A DNA stretch of 32,000 bases. It comes from Candidatus Omnitrophota bacterium (GTDB lineage Bacteria > Omnitrophota > Gorgyraeia > Zapsychrales > JANLHA01). A program made the translations under genes and the position numbers. The stretch's first letter is position 1. Every line of letters starts with the position of its first letter. A model generated the notes under the pieces. It did no database searches and was not told the DNA's origin. It saw only the letters and a program-made list of their open reading frames with translations. This document shows, piece after piece, positions 6,347 through 15,367 of the stretch. Where the stretch lies: contig OY759724.1 in NCBI GenBank assembly GCA_963662715.1, positions 2,730,001 through 2,762,000 of the forward strand, in the 5' to 3' direction.

Positions 6347-6974
6347 TATGGACGGTGTCATCACAAACACCATGCCCGATCATTACCGCGCCTGGCGTTC
6401 GGTTCTGCGCGAGGAGGTCGGTATTGAAGTTTCTCACGAAGAGATATACAGACGGGAGGGGCAGAAGGGCATTGCCAGCGTGCAGGAACTTTTTGCCGAG
6501 CATAAGAAGTTTTATCTTCCGGAAACCGGAAAAGCTATCTTGCGGAAGAAAGAGGAGCTGTTTAAAAAGATTGTTAAAACGCGTTTCATTCAGGGAGCGA
6601 GACGTTTTCTTTCTTCCCTGCAGCGGCTGGGCCTTGAAATGGCGTTAGTGACAGGCACTTCGACGCATGAGATGCATCGTATCCTTCCGGACGCGATCTA
6701 CCGGCGTTTTTCTGTCGTGGTGACAGGGAACCATGTCACGGAAGGCAAGCCGTCCCCGGAACCCTATGCCCTGGCTTTAAAAAAACTGGGAATGAAACCC
6801 CGGGATGCTGTTGTTATTGAGAATGCCCCTTTTGGCGTCCGTTCGGCCAAATCCGCGGGGATAAAATGTTTCGCAATTGCAACTTCTCTTCCGGCGTGTT
6901 ATCTTAATGAGGCTGACGAGATATTTTCTTCGTTCCGCGACCTGAATCAAAAAATCGAATTTGCCTTGGTTTAG
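6306..6974 (+). CDS. HAD-superfamily hydrolase, beta-phosphoglucomutase-like subfamily
   Basis: MKKKKILVKAVLFDMDGVITNT (DxDG motif I), VTGTS, KPSPEPY, ENAPFGVRSAKSAG. The start is placed at 6306 because the 6228 extension is only the alternate frame of the Sir2 remnant. Confidence 0.8.
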   Translation: MKKKKILVKAVLFDMDGVITNTMPDHYRAWRSVLREEVGIEVSHEEIYRREGQKGIASVQELFAEHKKFYLPETGKAILRKKEELFKKIVKTRFIQGARRFLSSLQRLGLEMALVTGTSTHEMHRILPDAIYRRFSVVVTGNHVTEGKPSPEPYALALKKLGMKPRDAVVIENAPFGVRSAKSAGIKCFAIATSLPACYLNEADEIFSSFRDLNQKIEFALV

Positions 6975-7075
6975 GAACCGGGCGAATCAAAGCACCATTC
7001 GTTTCGTGTCCGTATAGGTCCCCTAACCCGTGTTTGTCCGGGGATGTTATTTTTTAAATCATCCGGCATTTTTTT

Positions 7076-7939
7076 ATGAAGATCAAAAAAATACTGCTTT
7101 TGTACAAAAAGAGCACTTATAAACATTATTGTCAGAGGTATTCTGCCGATTCCCGGCAGATGAAGACGAATTCCCGTTTTATCCGCAGATTTAAGAGGAC
7201 TCATGATGAACATTATAAAAATTTGTCTGTCATCCAGCATGTTTTAAAAACGAAGAAGTTCAACTACGATTCTGTCGCGCGCGGGTCACCCTGCGATTAT
7301 GCGTTATATGACTTGATTATCACTGTCGGGGGAGACGGCACTTTCCTGGAAGGGGCCCGTTTCGCTGCTCAGCAGCCTGTCCTGGGGGTGAATTCTGACC
7401 CGCAATGGAGTGTGGGGCGTTTTTGTTCGTCGACCACGCAGTCTTTCCCCCGTATTCTGGAGAAAGTTTGTGCAGGTCAGGCGAAAATATTATTGTTGAA
7501 CCGGATGAAGGTGAGCCGGAACGGTTCGCAGGAATCGGTTTTGGCCTTAAATGATATCCTTATCTGCCATAAGAATCCGGCGGCGATGAGCCGTTATATC
7601 ATAAAAGTCTCCGGCAAACAAGAAGAACAGAGCAGTTCCGGAATATGGGTTGCAACCGCTGCCGGCTCGACCGGCGCCATATATTCCGCGGGAGGGGATA
7701 GGCTGCCTTTGACGAGCCGGATGCTGCAGTTCCGGGTTCGGGAGCTATACCGGGGATGCGGCAAAACACATTGTTTTCATGCCGGATTGATTAACCCAAG
7801 ACAATCCTTGCAGGTGACTTCCCTGATGAAAGAAGGCATGATTTATATCGATGGGTCTCATGTAAAACAGGATTTCAGTTTCGGTGCACATATAAAAATC
7901 CGGTCTGCCAGTGATGCCTTAAGGTTTATCACGGTCTGA
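7076..7939 (+). CDS. nadK: NAD(+) kinase
   Basis: ITVGGDGTFLEGAR, LNDILI and AAGSTGAIYSAGG motifs typical of the NAD kinase family. Confidence 0.8.
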   Translation: MKIKKILLLYKKSTYKHYCQRYSADSRQMKTNSRFIRRFKRTHDEHYKNLSVIQHVLKTKKFNYDSVARGSPCDYALYDLIITVGGDGTFLEGARFAAQQPVLGVNSDPQWSVGRFCSSTTQSFPRILEKVCAGQAKILLLNRMKVSRNGSQESVLALNDILICHKNPAAMSRYIIKVSGKQEEQSSSGIWVATAAGSTGAIYSAGGDRLPLTSRMLQFRVRELYRGCGKTHCFHAGLINPRQSLQVTSLMKEGMIYIDGSHVKQDFSFGAHIKIRSASDALRFITV

Positions 7940-8027
7940 CTTGCCTTTTTGTCTTTTTCTTTCTTCCCCTGTTTTAGCCATATCATAACAATATCTTTCG
8001 TATGGATAAGACAATAAGATCTAAAAT

Positions 8028-9077
8028 ATGAATGATTCCGTGTTTAGAGAAAAACTGCTTTTGTGGTATAAAAAAAATGCCAGAAAATTGCCCTGGAGGC
8101 GTACGCGAGATCCTTATAAGATATGGATCTCTGAAGTCATGCTCCAGCAAACTACGGTCAAAGCCGTTATCCCTTACTATCAGAGTTGGATTAAGCAATT
8201 TCCGGATATCCATTCTGTCTCCCGGGCTTCTTCTGAAACGGTCCTTAAAGCCTGGCAGGGACTGGGGTATTACCAGAGAGTGCGGAATATTCATAAATCA
8301 GCCAGGATGATTTGCGAGCGCTACAACGGAAGAATCCCGGCGGATAAGGAGATTTTGCGCCGGCTTCCGGGGTTTGGGCCTTATACGACAGGAGCCGTGC
8401 TCAGCATGGCTTTTGATCAGCCCGAGGTCATTATTGATGCCAACATTCGCAGAGTATTGATGCGGGTTCTTGATATCACAGGTTATGCTGACTCAAAACA
8501 TGATCCCCGGATTTTAAAAGTATTAAAAAAGATTCTTCCGTTAAAGGCGTCCGGCTGTTTTAATCAGGCTTTAATGGAGCTCGGGGCCGTAATATGCCGC
8601 AGTTCCTGTCCTTTATGTCTGCCGTGCCCGGTCAGCAGGGAATGCAGGGCTTACCGGAAAGGGACCCAGGAAATAATCCCTCAGCCGAAAACCAAGACTT
8701 TGATCCGGCAGCATGCCGTTGTCGCTCTAATCAAACATCGGAAAAAATATTTTATCCAGAAACGTCCTTCGAAGGGGCTGTTGGCGGATTTATGGGAATT
8801 CCCCGGAGGCAAGATCGAACCAGGGGAAACAAGCCGGCAGGCCTTAGTCAGGGAGGTCCGGGAAGAACTGAAAGTTGAAATTGAGAAGGCGCGGCATATG
8901 ATGAACCTTACGCACTATTACACATGTTACAAGGTCCATTTGTCGGTATGGCTGTGTTCAGCCTGTCCGCTCCCCGGCGAAGACCGGACGCATCGTTGGG
9001 TCAGGCAAAAAGAACTTTCGGATTATGCGATGCCTTCCGGAAGCGCAAAAATAGTCGAAAGGATAAAAGTTTTGTAA
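8028..9077 (+). CDS. mutY: A/G-specific adenine DNA glycosylase MutY with a MutT-like C-terminal domain
   Basis: LLLWYKKNARKLPWRRTRDPYKIWISEVMLQQTTV, the Cys cluster C-x6-C-x2-C-x5-C (CRSSCPLCLPCPVSREC), and C-terminal LWEFPGGKIEPGETSRQALVREVREEL. Confidence 0.9.
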   Translation: MNDSVFREKLLLWYKKNARKLPWRRTRDPYKIWISEVMLQQTTVKAVIPYYQSWIKQFPDIHSVSRASSETVLKAWQGLGYYQRVRNIHKSARMICERYNGRIPADKEILRRLPGFGPYTTGAVLSMAFDQPEVIIDANIRRVLMRVLDITGYADSKHDPRILKVLKKILPLKASGCFNQALMELGAVICRSSCPLCLPCPVSRECRAYRKGTQEIIPQPKTKTLIRQHAVVALIKHRKKYFIQKRPSKGLLADLWEFPGGKIEPGETSRQALVREVREELKVEIEKARHMMNLTHYYTCYKVHLSVWLCSACPLPGEDRTHRWVRQKELSDYAMPSGSAKIVERIKVL

Positions 9078-9175
9078 AATTGTGGTAAAGAGATTAATCT
9101 TATAATATCATTGCATTAAATATCTAATAAAAGATATAATCGTATAAATATATTGTTATAATTAAGGAGAATCAT

Positions 9176-9961
9176 GTGCGAATATTGGTTACGAATGACG
9201 ATGGGATTTATGCCGAGGGATTATATGCTTTGGTTTCGGAAATAAAAAAAATCGGCACGGTTACCGTTGTCGCTCCCGACAGCGAACGCAGTTCCGTCGG
9301 GCACGGGATTACGTTGGCTCATCCGATTTGGTACAAGAAAGTCGTCCGTAAAGGACGTTTTTTTGGCTATGGCATCAGCGGCACACCGGCGGATTGCGTC
9401 AAGTTCGCTATTAAAATCCTGCTGAAAGACAAGCCGGACCTGATCATTTCCGGCATAAATCTTGGCAGTAATGATGGTTGCAGCGTATTTTATTCCGGGA
9501 CGGTCGCCGGTGCGCGCGAAGGGGCTTTGAACGGCATTCCTTCTCTTGCGGTCTCTCTGGATACGTTTGTCAGGCCTGATTATAAACTGGCGGCTAAAAT
9601 CGCCCGGCTGGTTTCAAAAATGATTTCTCAGGAAGGGCTGCCTCAAGGAACATTTTTGAATATTAATGTGCCGAATCAGCCCTTGCGGCATATCAGGGGG
9701 ATCAAACTTGCTCAGCAGTGCACGCGTCCCATTGAGGGGATATTCCAAAAACGGCAGGATCCCCAGCTCCGGACATATTACTGGATGAGCGGGAAAGCCC
9801 CTCGCACGAAAGGGTCTCAAAATAATGATACAAAAGCCCTAAAAGAAAAATACGTCACGATTTCACCTGTTCATTGTGATTTGACGGATTATCATTTTCT
9901 TCAGGAGATGAAAAACTGGAATGTCGACGGGATATCAAAAAGGTTGTTGAAGAAATCATAA
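9176..9961 (+). CDS. surE: 5'/3'-nucleotidase SurE
   Basis: GTG start 6 nt after AAGGAG. MRILVTNDDGIYAEGL N-terminus and GINLGSN, SGTVAGAREG motifs. Confidence 0.9.
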   Translation: MRILVTNDDGIYAEGLYALVSEIKKIGTVTVVAPDSERSSVGHGITLAHPIWYKKVVRKGRFFGYGISGTPADCVKFAIKILLKDKPDLIISGINLGSNDGCSVFYSGTVAGAREGALNGIPSLAVSLDTFVRPDYKLAAKIARLVSKMISQEGLPQGTFLNINVPNQPLRHIRGIKLAQQCTRPIEGIFQKRQDPQLRTYYWMSGKAPRTKGSQNNDTKALKEKYVTISPVHCDLTDYHFLQEMKNWNVDGISKRLLKKS

Positions 9962-9989
9962 CTGTTAAAAAATGAAATAGAGGTTAAGA

Positions 9990-11057
9990 ATGTTGCCTAA
10001 GAATCAGACCGCGCATACGCGTATTCTTATCGTTGATGATCAGAAACTGCATGGATTGTACTTGAAGAAAGTTTTGGCAGAAGAGGGGTTCGAAAATGTC
10101 GAATATTCTAATGATCCCCTTAAAGTCCTTCAGCTTGTCCGTGATTTTCACCCGGAGATTATCGTGCTGGACCTTTTTATGCCGCACCTGGACGGTTTTC
10201 AGATCATGGAGCAGTTAGCGGAATTCCGGAAAGATCATTATTTGCCTGTTTTAGCTTTGTCCTCTGAGAAAAGTTCTGATGTGCGGCTGCGGGCCCTACA
10301 GTCGGGCGCGACGGATTTCCTGAATAAACCCTACGAAAACATGGAAATCATTTTCCGTATCAGAAACATGATCGAAATGCGTACTCTTCATATGGAAGTT
10401 AAAAACCAGAATAAGATCCTGGAAAGTAAAGTGCAGGATAGAACCAAGGAACTGAGAGATACGCAGTTAGACATTATCCGCCGCTTGGCGCAGGCGGCGG
10501 AATTCCGTGATAGTGACACGGGGATGCATATTATCCGTATGAGTCAGTATTGTCAGAAATTCGGTGTCGCCATGGGGATGAGCCTGCCCGAATGCGATTT
10601 GTTGCTGCACGCGAGTCCTCTGCATGACATAGGAAAGATCGGGATCCCCGATGCGATCCTGCTTAAGCCCGGCCGCTTGACGGAAGAGGAATATGAAATA
10701 ATGAAAACGCATACGGTCATTGGAGCAAAACTGCTTGCCGGCAGCAATTCTCCCGTTATGAAAATGGCGCAAATCATTGCGATGACTCATCATGAAAAAT
10801 GGGACGGCTCCGGCTATCCTAAACAGTTGAAAGGGGATGAAATCCCGCCCGAGGGACAGATCGTCAGTATTTGCGATGTTTTTGATGCCTTGACATCCGA
10901 TCGCCCCTACAAACAAGCCTGGACCAGTGATGTTGCCGTTGAAGAAATTGTCCGCATGAAAAGCAAGCATTTTTCTCCGATTATTGTTGATCGCTTCCTG
11001 GAAGTGCTTCCGCTTATTGAAGATATCCGGCAAAAGAACTCGGATGGAACAACTTAA
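9990..11057 (+). CDS. Response regulator with HD-GYP phosphodiesterase output domain (RpfG-like)
   Basis: Receiver: ILIVDDQ...VLDLFMPHLDG...LNKPY. HD-GYP: LHDIGKIGIPDAILLKPGRLTEEEYEIMKTH and HHEKWDGSGYP. Confidence 0.85.
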   Translation: MLPKNQTAHTRILIVDDQKLHGLYLKKVLAEEGFENVEYSNDPLKVLQLVRDFHPEIIVLDLFMPHLDGFQIMEQLAEFRKDHYLPVLALSSEKSSDVRLRALQSGATDFLNKPYENMEIIFRIRNMIEMRTLHMEVKNQNKILESKVQDRTKELRDTQLDIIRRLAQAAEFRDSDTGMHIIRMSQYCQKFGVAMGMSLPECDLLLHASPLHDIGKIGIPDAILLKPGRLTEEEYEIMKTHTVIGAKLLAGSNSPVMKMAQIIAMTHHEKWDGSGYPKQLKGDEIPPEGQIVSICDVFDALTSDRPYKQAWTSDVAVEEIVRMKSKHFSPIIVDRFLEVLPLIEDIRQKNSDGTT

Positions 11058-11273
11058 ATTTATAAGATCTGTGCTTTGTTTTCAGGAAAAGTGATGTTAT
11101 AGTGAGGGATGAGTTTTTCGTATTGGGCCCTGTGAACAGACAAGGGGGACTCTTTAAGACTGTGAATCCTGTTTGCGCAGGGCGGGAAAAGGCCTCGCAG
11201 GAGATGTCCGGCGAGAACTTTTGTCAGGATTATGTGCGTCGAAGAGCCATGTGATTTATAAAACGGAGACAGC

Positions 11274-13559
11274 ATGACCGCAGAAAAAAAAGAATTCTTC
11301 TCCCGTGTCCCGGAACTCGATATGTCTGAAGGCACGGAGATGCTTACGGATTTTTCCCGGGAAGCGCAGCGCCATCTTATTGCCGCCCGTAATGCCCTGC
11401 TTATCCTGGAAACTGTCCCCTCTGATAAAGAGGCCATCGAGGATATTTTTAAAACTTTCCATACCATTAAAGGTCTGGCTGATTTCCTGGAACTGCATGA
11501 CATCTTTTCGCTCACCTCTTCCTCCGAAACATTGTGCGATAAATTCCGGAAAAATTTGCTGCAAGTCGATAATGACATGATTCATCTCATTACGCAATCT
11601 ATTGAAGCTTTGCAGAAGTTGCTGGAGCTGCTGGATGACCAGATCGCCAATGGGGGAGTTCTTAAAGGAGAATATTTAGATGTCAAGGACATTATTCTTG
11701 CGATAGAAGAAACCGTCAGCAGGAGTTCGGCGGTTGCCCGGCCCGTTAAACAGCTTGTAAAAAACATCCCCAAAATCAACTTTGAGCCGGACATGACGAC
11801 ATGTTCGCAATTGAAAAAACAGCTGGACCAAGGGGGAGACGGCGTCCCCTGTGATTCCGAAACGCTCGCGAAGCTCCTGCAGGATTTCGAAGAGACAAGC
11901 CGGGAGTTGAAAGTCGCTCAAAGCAAATTGCATGAACGGCAGAGGGAATTGATAAAAGAAAGAGAGTTGGCCATCAAGCTGACTCAGCAGGCCCAGGAAG
12001 AAGCCAGGACGAAAAGTGAGTATCTTGCCAACATGTCGCATGAAATCAGAACGTTGATCAATGCGATTTTAGGTTTTACGGATCTTCTGAAGGAGAGCGG
12101 ACTTAATGCCAAGCAGATGGAGCATTTGAACACCATTATTGTCAGCGGCAGGATGCTCCTCGAGATTGTTAATGATATCCTGGATTTTTCAAAGGTGGAG
12201 TCAGGCAAACTCAAGCTCGAAAAAATCGCGTTTGATCTTGATTACGTCGTTGAGGAAGTTTTTAAGATTATCCGCACCCGGATGGTGGGGAAATCCATTA
12301 ATTTGTATTTTAATATTGAGGAAGATGTCCCCCGGGGGGTGTTGGGAGACCCCACCCGCCTGAAGCAGATTTTTATTAATCTTATTGATAATGCCATAAA
12401 ATTTACCGATCACGGAGAAATAGGCCTGAATGTCAGTTTGATTGAGCAGGAAACGGGATTCAATGCCAATCCCTCTATTAAATTTGTCGTCAGGGATACC
12501 GGCGTGGGAATCCCTGACGATCGGCAGAGTGCTGTGTTCGATACCTTTACCCAGGCGAATGATTCCACCACCCGTATCTATGGCGGGTCGGGCCTAGGAC
12601 TGGCCCTTTGTAAAACATTTGTTGAGACGATGGGTGGAAACATCTGGCTGGAATCAAAGCTGGGGGAGGGAAGCCGGTTCAGTTTCATCATTACTTTTCA
12701 AGAAAGCCAGGAACCTGCGCCGCAAAAGAACCTTGATGTCCTGAAAGACAATGCCGGGGCCGAAGTGCTGATTGTGGATATGCACGAAACCTCGATACGC
12801 CAATTTATCCCGCAATCCGAAAAGGCCAAGCTGGACGTTATCGCCGTGTGCCATTCCGCCAAACAGGCTACGGAGCTGCTTTTAGTCAGAGAAAAAGAAA
12901 ACCAAAGCCTGCCGGCGGTTATCTTTGTTGATTTGCTGCTTCCGGATAAGCAGGGTTTTATGCTGGCGTACAAGCTTAAACAACAGGAGCATTACAAGAA
13001 TATTAAGGTCGTCGGGGTTTCATCGGATGTGAAAGTCGAAACGTCGGAAGAATTCCATCAGGCGGGTTTTGACGCTTTCCTGCCTAAACCCCTCATCCCC
13101 GAAGAATTTTTTGACCTTCTGCAAAGGGTCCTGGGAGAGAAGACCGACCATGTCCGAGTCCTGTCCGATGAGATGATTCAGAAAATATCCTGTTCCGGGG
13201 TCAGGGTGCTGGTCGCGGAAGACAGTATCCCGAACATGGAACTTTTAAAAATACATTTTGAAACATTGGAATGCACGTGTGATTATGCCTCGAATGGACA
13301 GGAAGCCATTGACTTCTTGCGGCAGAATGATTATGACGTCTGTTTCATGGATTTGCAGATGCCTGTGATGGGGGGGATCGAAGCCGCACGGGTTATCCGT
13401 AATGAACTGAAAAAGGGGCTGCCAATTATTGCTTTGACTGCGGCAGAACTCGAGGACGAAAAGGAACGCTGCCTTCAGGCGGGGATGACGGATTATCTGC
13501 CTAAGCCGTTTGGGGTGGATGAGCTGAAGGAAAAAATTATCCGTAATACAAAAATGTAA
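11274..13559 (+). CDS. Cytoplasmic hybrid histidine kinase: N-terminal HPt, coiled coil, HisKA, HATPase_c, two receiver domains
   Basis: HPt FKTFHTIKGLADFLE. H-box ANMSHEIRTLINAILGF. N/G boxes LIDNAIKFT, DTGVGIP, GGSGLGLALC. REC1 VIFVDLLLPD...FLPKP. REC2 VLVAEDS...FMDLQMPVMGG...YLPKPF. No transmembrane or obvious sensor domain is seen. Confidence 0.85.
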   Translation: MTAEKKEFFSRVPELDMSEGTEMLTDFSREAQRHLIAARNALLILETVPSDKEAIEDIFKTFHTIKGLADFLELHDIFSLTSSSETLCDKFRKNLLQVDNDMIHLITQSIEALQKLLELLDDQIANGGVLKGEYLDVKDIILAIEETVSRSSAVARPVKQLVKNIPKINFEPDMTTCSQLKKQLDQGGDGVPCDSETLAKLLQDFEETSRELKVAQSKLHERQRELIKERELAIKLTQQAQEEARTKSEYLANMSHEIRTLINAILGFTDLLKESGLNAKQMEHLNTIIVSGRMLLEIVNDILDFSKVESGKLKLEKIAFDLDYVVEEVFKIIRTRMVGKSINLYFNIEEDVPRGVLGDPTRLKQIFINLIDNAIKFTDHGEIGLNVSLIEQETGFNANPSIKFVVRDTGVGIPDDRQSAVFDTFTQANDSTTRIYGGSGLGLALCKTFVETMGGNIWLESKLGEGSRFSFIITFQESQEPAPQKNLDVLKDNAGAEVLIVDMHETSIRQFIPQSEKAKLDVIAVCHSAKQATELLLVREKENQSLPAVIFVDLLLPDKQGFMLAYKLKQQEHYKNIKVVGVSSDVKVETSEEFHQAGFDAFLPKPLIPEEFFDLLQRVLGEKTDHVRVLSDEMIQKISCSGVRVLVAEDSIPNMELLKIHFETLECTCDYASNGQEAIDFLRQNDYDVCFMDLQMPVMGGIEAARVIRNELKKGLPIIALTAAELEDEKERCLQAGMTDYLPKPFGVDELKEKIIRNTKM

Positions 13560-13591
13560 CAACCTTATTTTTAAAATAAAGGAATAGGCGT

Positions 13592-14002
13592 GTGGAAGAA
13601 TTAAATCATGGTAAAATACTCGTCGTTGACGATTCAGACCTTGAGCGGGAGCTCCTCATTGAAGTTTTAAAAGGCGCGGGAGTGCAGAATGCTTTTCTGC
13701 AGGCCAAGACCGGAGAAGAGGCCATTGAGATATTAGGGACACATTTTAAGGAGGTCGGTCTTATTCTTCTTGACTGGCAGATGCCAAAAATGTCGGGGAT
13801 GGAATTTATGGAAGCGGTTGTGAAGGTGCCGCAGGTCGCCAGTAAAGCTATTATCATGGTTACTGCTTCCGGGACGGATGAAAACAAGAAGAAGGCCTGG
13901 GCCGTCAATCCTAATCTTGTGGGGTACGTTGTCAAGCCGTATACGCCGGAATCTTTACTGGATGTCATTTATCCATTTGTTCAACTCAAGTCTTCGGATT
14001 AA
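13592..14002 (+). CDS. Single-domain CheY-like response regulator
   Basis: GTG start after AAGGAA. ILVVDDSDLERE, LILLDWQMPKMSG, MVTAS, VVKPY. Confidence 0.8.
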   Translation: MEELNHGKILVVDDSDLERELLIEVLKGAGVQNAFLQAKTGEEAIEILGTHFKEVGLILLDWQMPKMSGMEFMEAVVKVPQVASKAIIMVTASGTDENKKKAWAVNPNLVGYVVKPYTPESLLDVIYPFVQLKSSD

Positions 14003-14020
14003 AGTCGTGGGATTAAAGGG

Positions 14021-14608
14021 ATGTTTTTTTTAGGTAAAAAAAATAAAGAACTGGACAAATTCGCTGATTTGCTGGAGCAGGGAACGGTCGCGCTGTTCAA
14101 GGAGCGGGGCGATTTGCGCTTCTCCTCCGATCCCGTCAAGAGTAAACGGAGGATCATTGAATTTGAAGGGAAAATGCGGGCTGACGGCATGGAAAAGTTC
14201 GATAATGAGCCGACATATGTTTCTGCGGTTAATTTTTATGCCAGTGAGAGGGATATGGAAAAGAAGAAAACCCTGGGAGCCCTGGTTGTCTATGTGGAGC
14301 AGTCTTACATCGCAAAAATGATGAAACTCCTCAAATACCCTCCTATTGATGATGAAAGTGACGCCGCTATGCAGGATTCCTGCGGGACTTTATGCAATAT
14401 CATCTCAGGCCGTTTCAAATCAGAAATCTCCTCTGCGGGCTATATTGAGCTTGAAATGTCCCATTTCATGAATTACCGCAACTCCGCCTTTGCGGGCGTC
14501 GATTTCTGTTTCAATGAGTTTGACATGTGTGAGATTTCTTTTAACCTGGATAATGTGAAACGGCTTGTTATTGACATGACTATGGGCGCCGTTCCGAAGT
14601 TGAGATGA
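14021..14608 (+). CDS. CheX-like domain protein (putative response-regulator phosphatase fold, catalytic Glu apparently replaced)
   Basis: DSCGTLCNIISGRF aligns by eye with the CheX motif (..IGELGNMTAGK..). Size and operon context among receiver and HPt genes fit. Otherwise there are no recognisable motifs. Confidence 0.4.
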   Translation: MFFLGKKNKELDKFADLLEQGTVALFKERGDLRFSSDPVKSKRRIIEFEGKMRADGMEKFDNEPTYVSAVNFYASERDMEKKKTLGALVVYVEQSYIAKMMKLLKYPPIDDESDAAMQDSCGTLCNIISGRFKSEISSAGYIELEMSHFMNYRNSAFAGVDFCFNEFDMCEISFNLDNVKRLVIDMTMGAVPKLR

Positions 14609-14621
14609 CAAGGAGTATGCC

Positions 14622-14963
14622 ATGCCCCTCATCGTTGATTTAGACAAGAATTGTGCACAGTTAAAAATCGGTAAAGACATATATCTTAAAATTTTAAACA
14701 AGGCCATCACTCAGTCGACAGGGGATATGGAAGAGCTCAAGCGCGCTGTGCAGGAAACAGACCTGGATACGGTGCAGACGCTGTCCCATCGGCTGAAGGG
14801 AGATTATGATAATATGCGCATTACGGAAATTGCCGCCGTAGCGCGTACGATGAATAATTTGGTTAAGACCGGGAATGTTGATCAGGAGGAATTATCCCGT
14901 CTTTTTGCAGAATTATCCGAGATATTTCAGGAACTCAAATTTTTTGCTGATAACTTGGCCTAA
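14622..14963 (+). CDS. Stand-alone HPt phosphotransfer protein
   Basis: AAGGAG upstream. LSHRLKGDYDNMRI (H-x-x-K-G). About 113 aa, predicted all-helical. Confidence 0.7.
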   Translation: MPLIVDLDKNCAQLKIGKDIYLKILNKAITQSTGDMEELKRAVQETDLDTVQTLSHRLKGDYDNMRITEIAAVARTMNNLVKTGNVDQEELSRLFAELSEIFQELKFFADNLA

Positions 14964-14989
14964 AAAGACTATGGGGGATTTTAAATATT

Positions 14990-15334
14990 ATGGATGAACC
15001 TTTTCAGCTGGATATTGAGCAAATTAGTGCGGATTTAAAAATAAGATCGGATATTTATCTGCGTATTGTGAAAAGCTTTTCCGGGACCCTTAAGGACAAA
15101 ATAAGTGCTTTGGAAGAAGCTTTGCAGTGTTTTGATAAAGAAACCATGCGGAAAATACTGCATGAGATTAAAGGAACGGCGAGTAATTTAAGATTGACAA
15201 CGATTAATGAGGCTGAAAATTTAATGCATGTGGAAGTGAAAGGGACGGCAGATAAGGAGAAATTGAAAGAATACCTGGATATGCTTAAAAAAGAAACAGA
15301 TAAATTTTCACAATTTATTAATCAAATTCATTAA
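14990..15334 (+). CDS. Stand-alone HPt phosphotransfer protein (paralog of the preceding gene)
   Basis: ILHEIKGTASNLRL. Same length as its neighbour and a shared N-terminal LKI..DIYL[KR]I pattern. Confidence 0.7.
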   Translation: MDEPFQLDIEQISADLKIRSDIYLRIVKSFSGTLKDKISALEEALQCFDKETMRKILHEIKGTASNLRLTTINEAENLMHVEVKGTADKEKLKEYLDMLKKETDKFSQFINQIH

Positions 15335-15367
15335 TACCTGATATAATAGGGCATAATTTAGGAGAAA

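Noticed and set aside
10467-11597. Minus-strand ORFs of 188, 172 and 113 aa (10467-11033, 11060-11578, 11256-11597)
   Set aside because: They are antisense to the well-supported HD-GYP and histidine-kinase genes, with no motifs.
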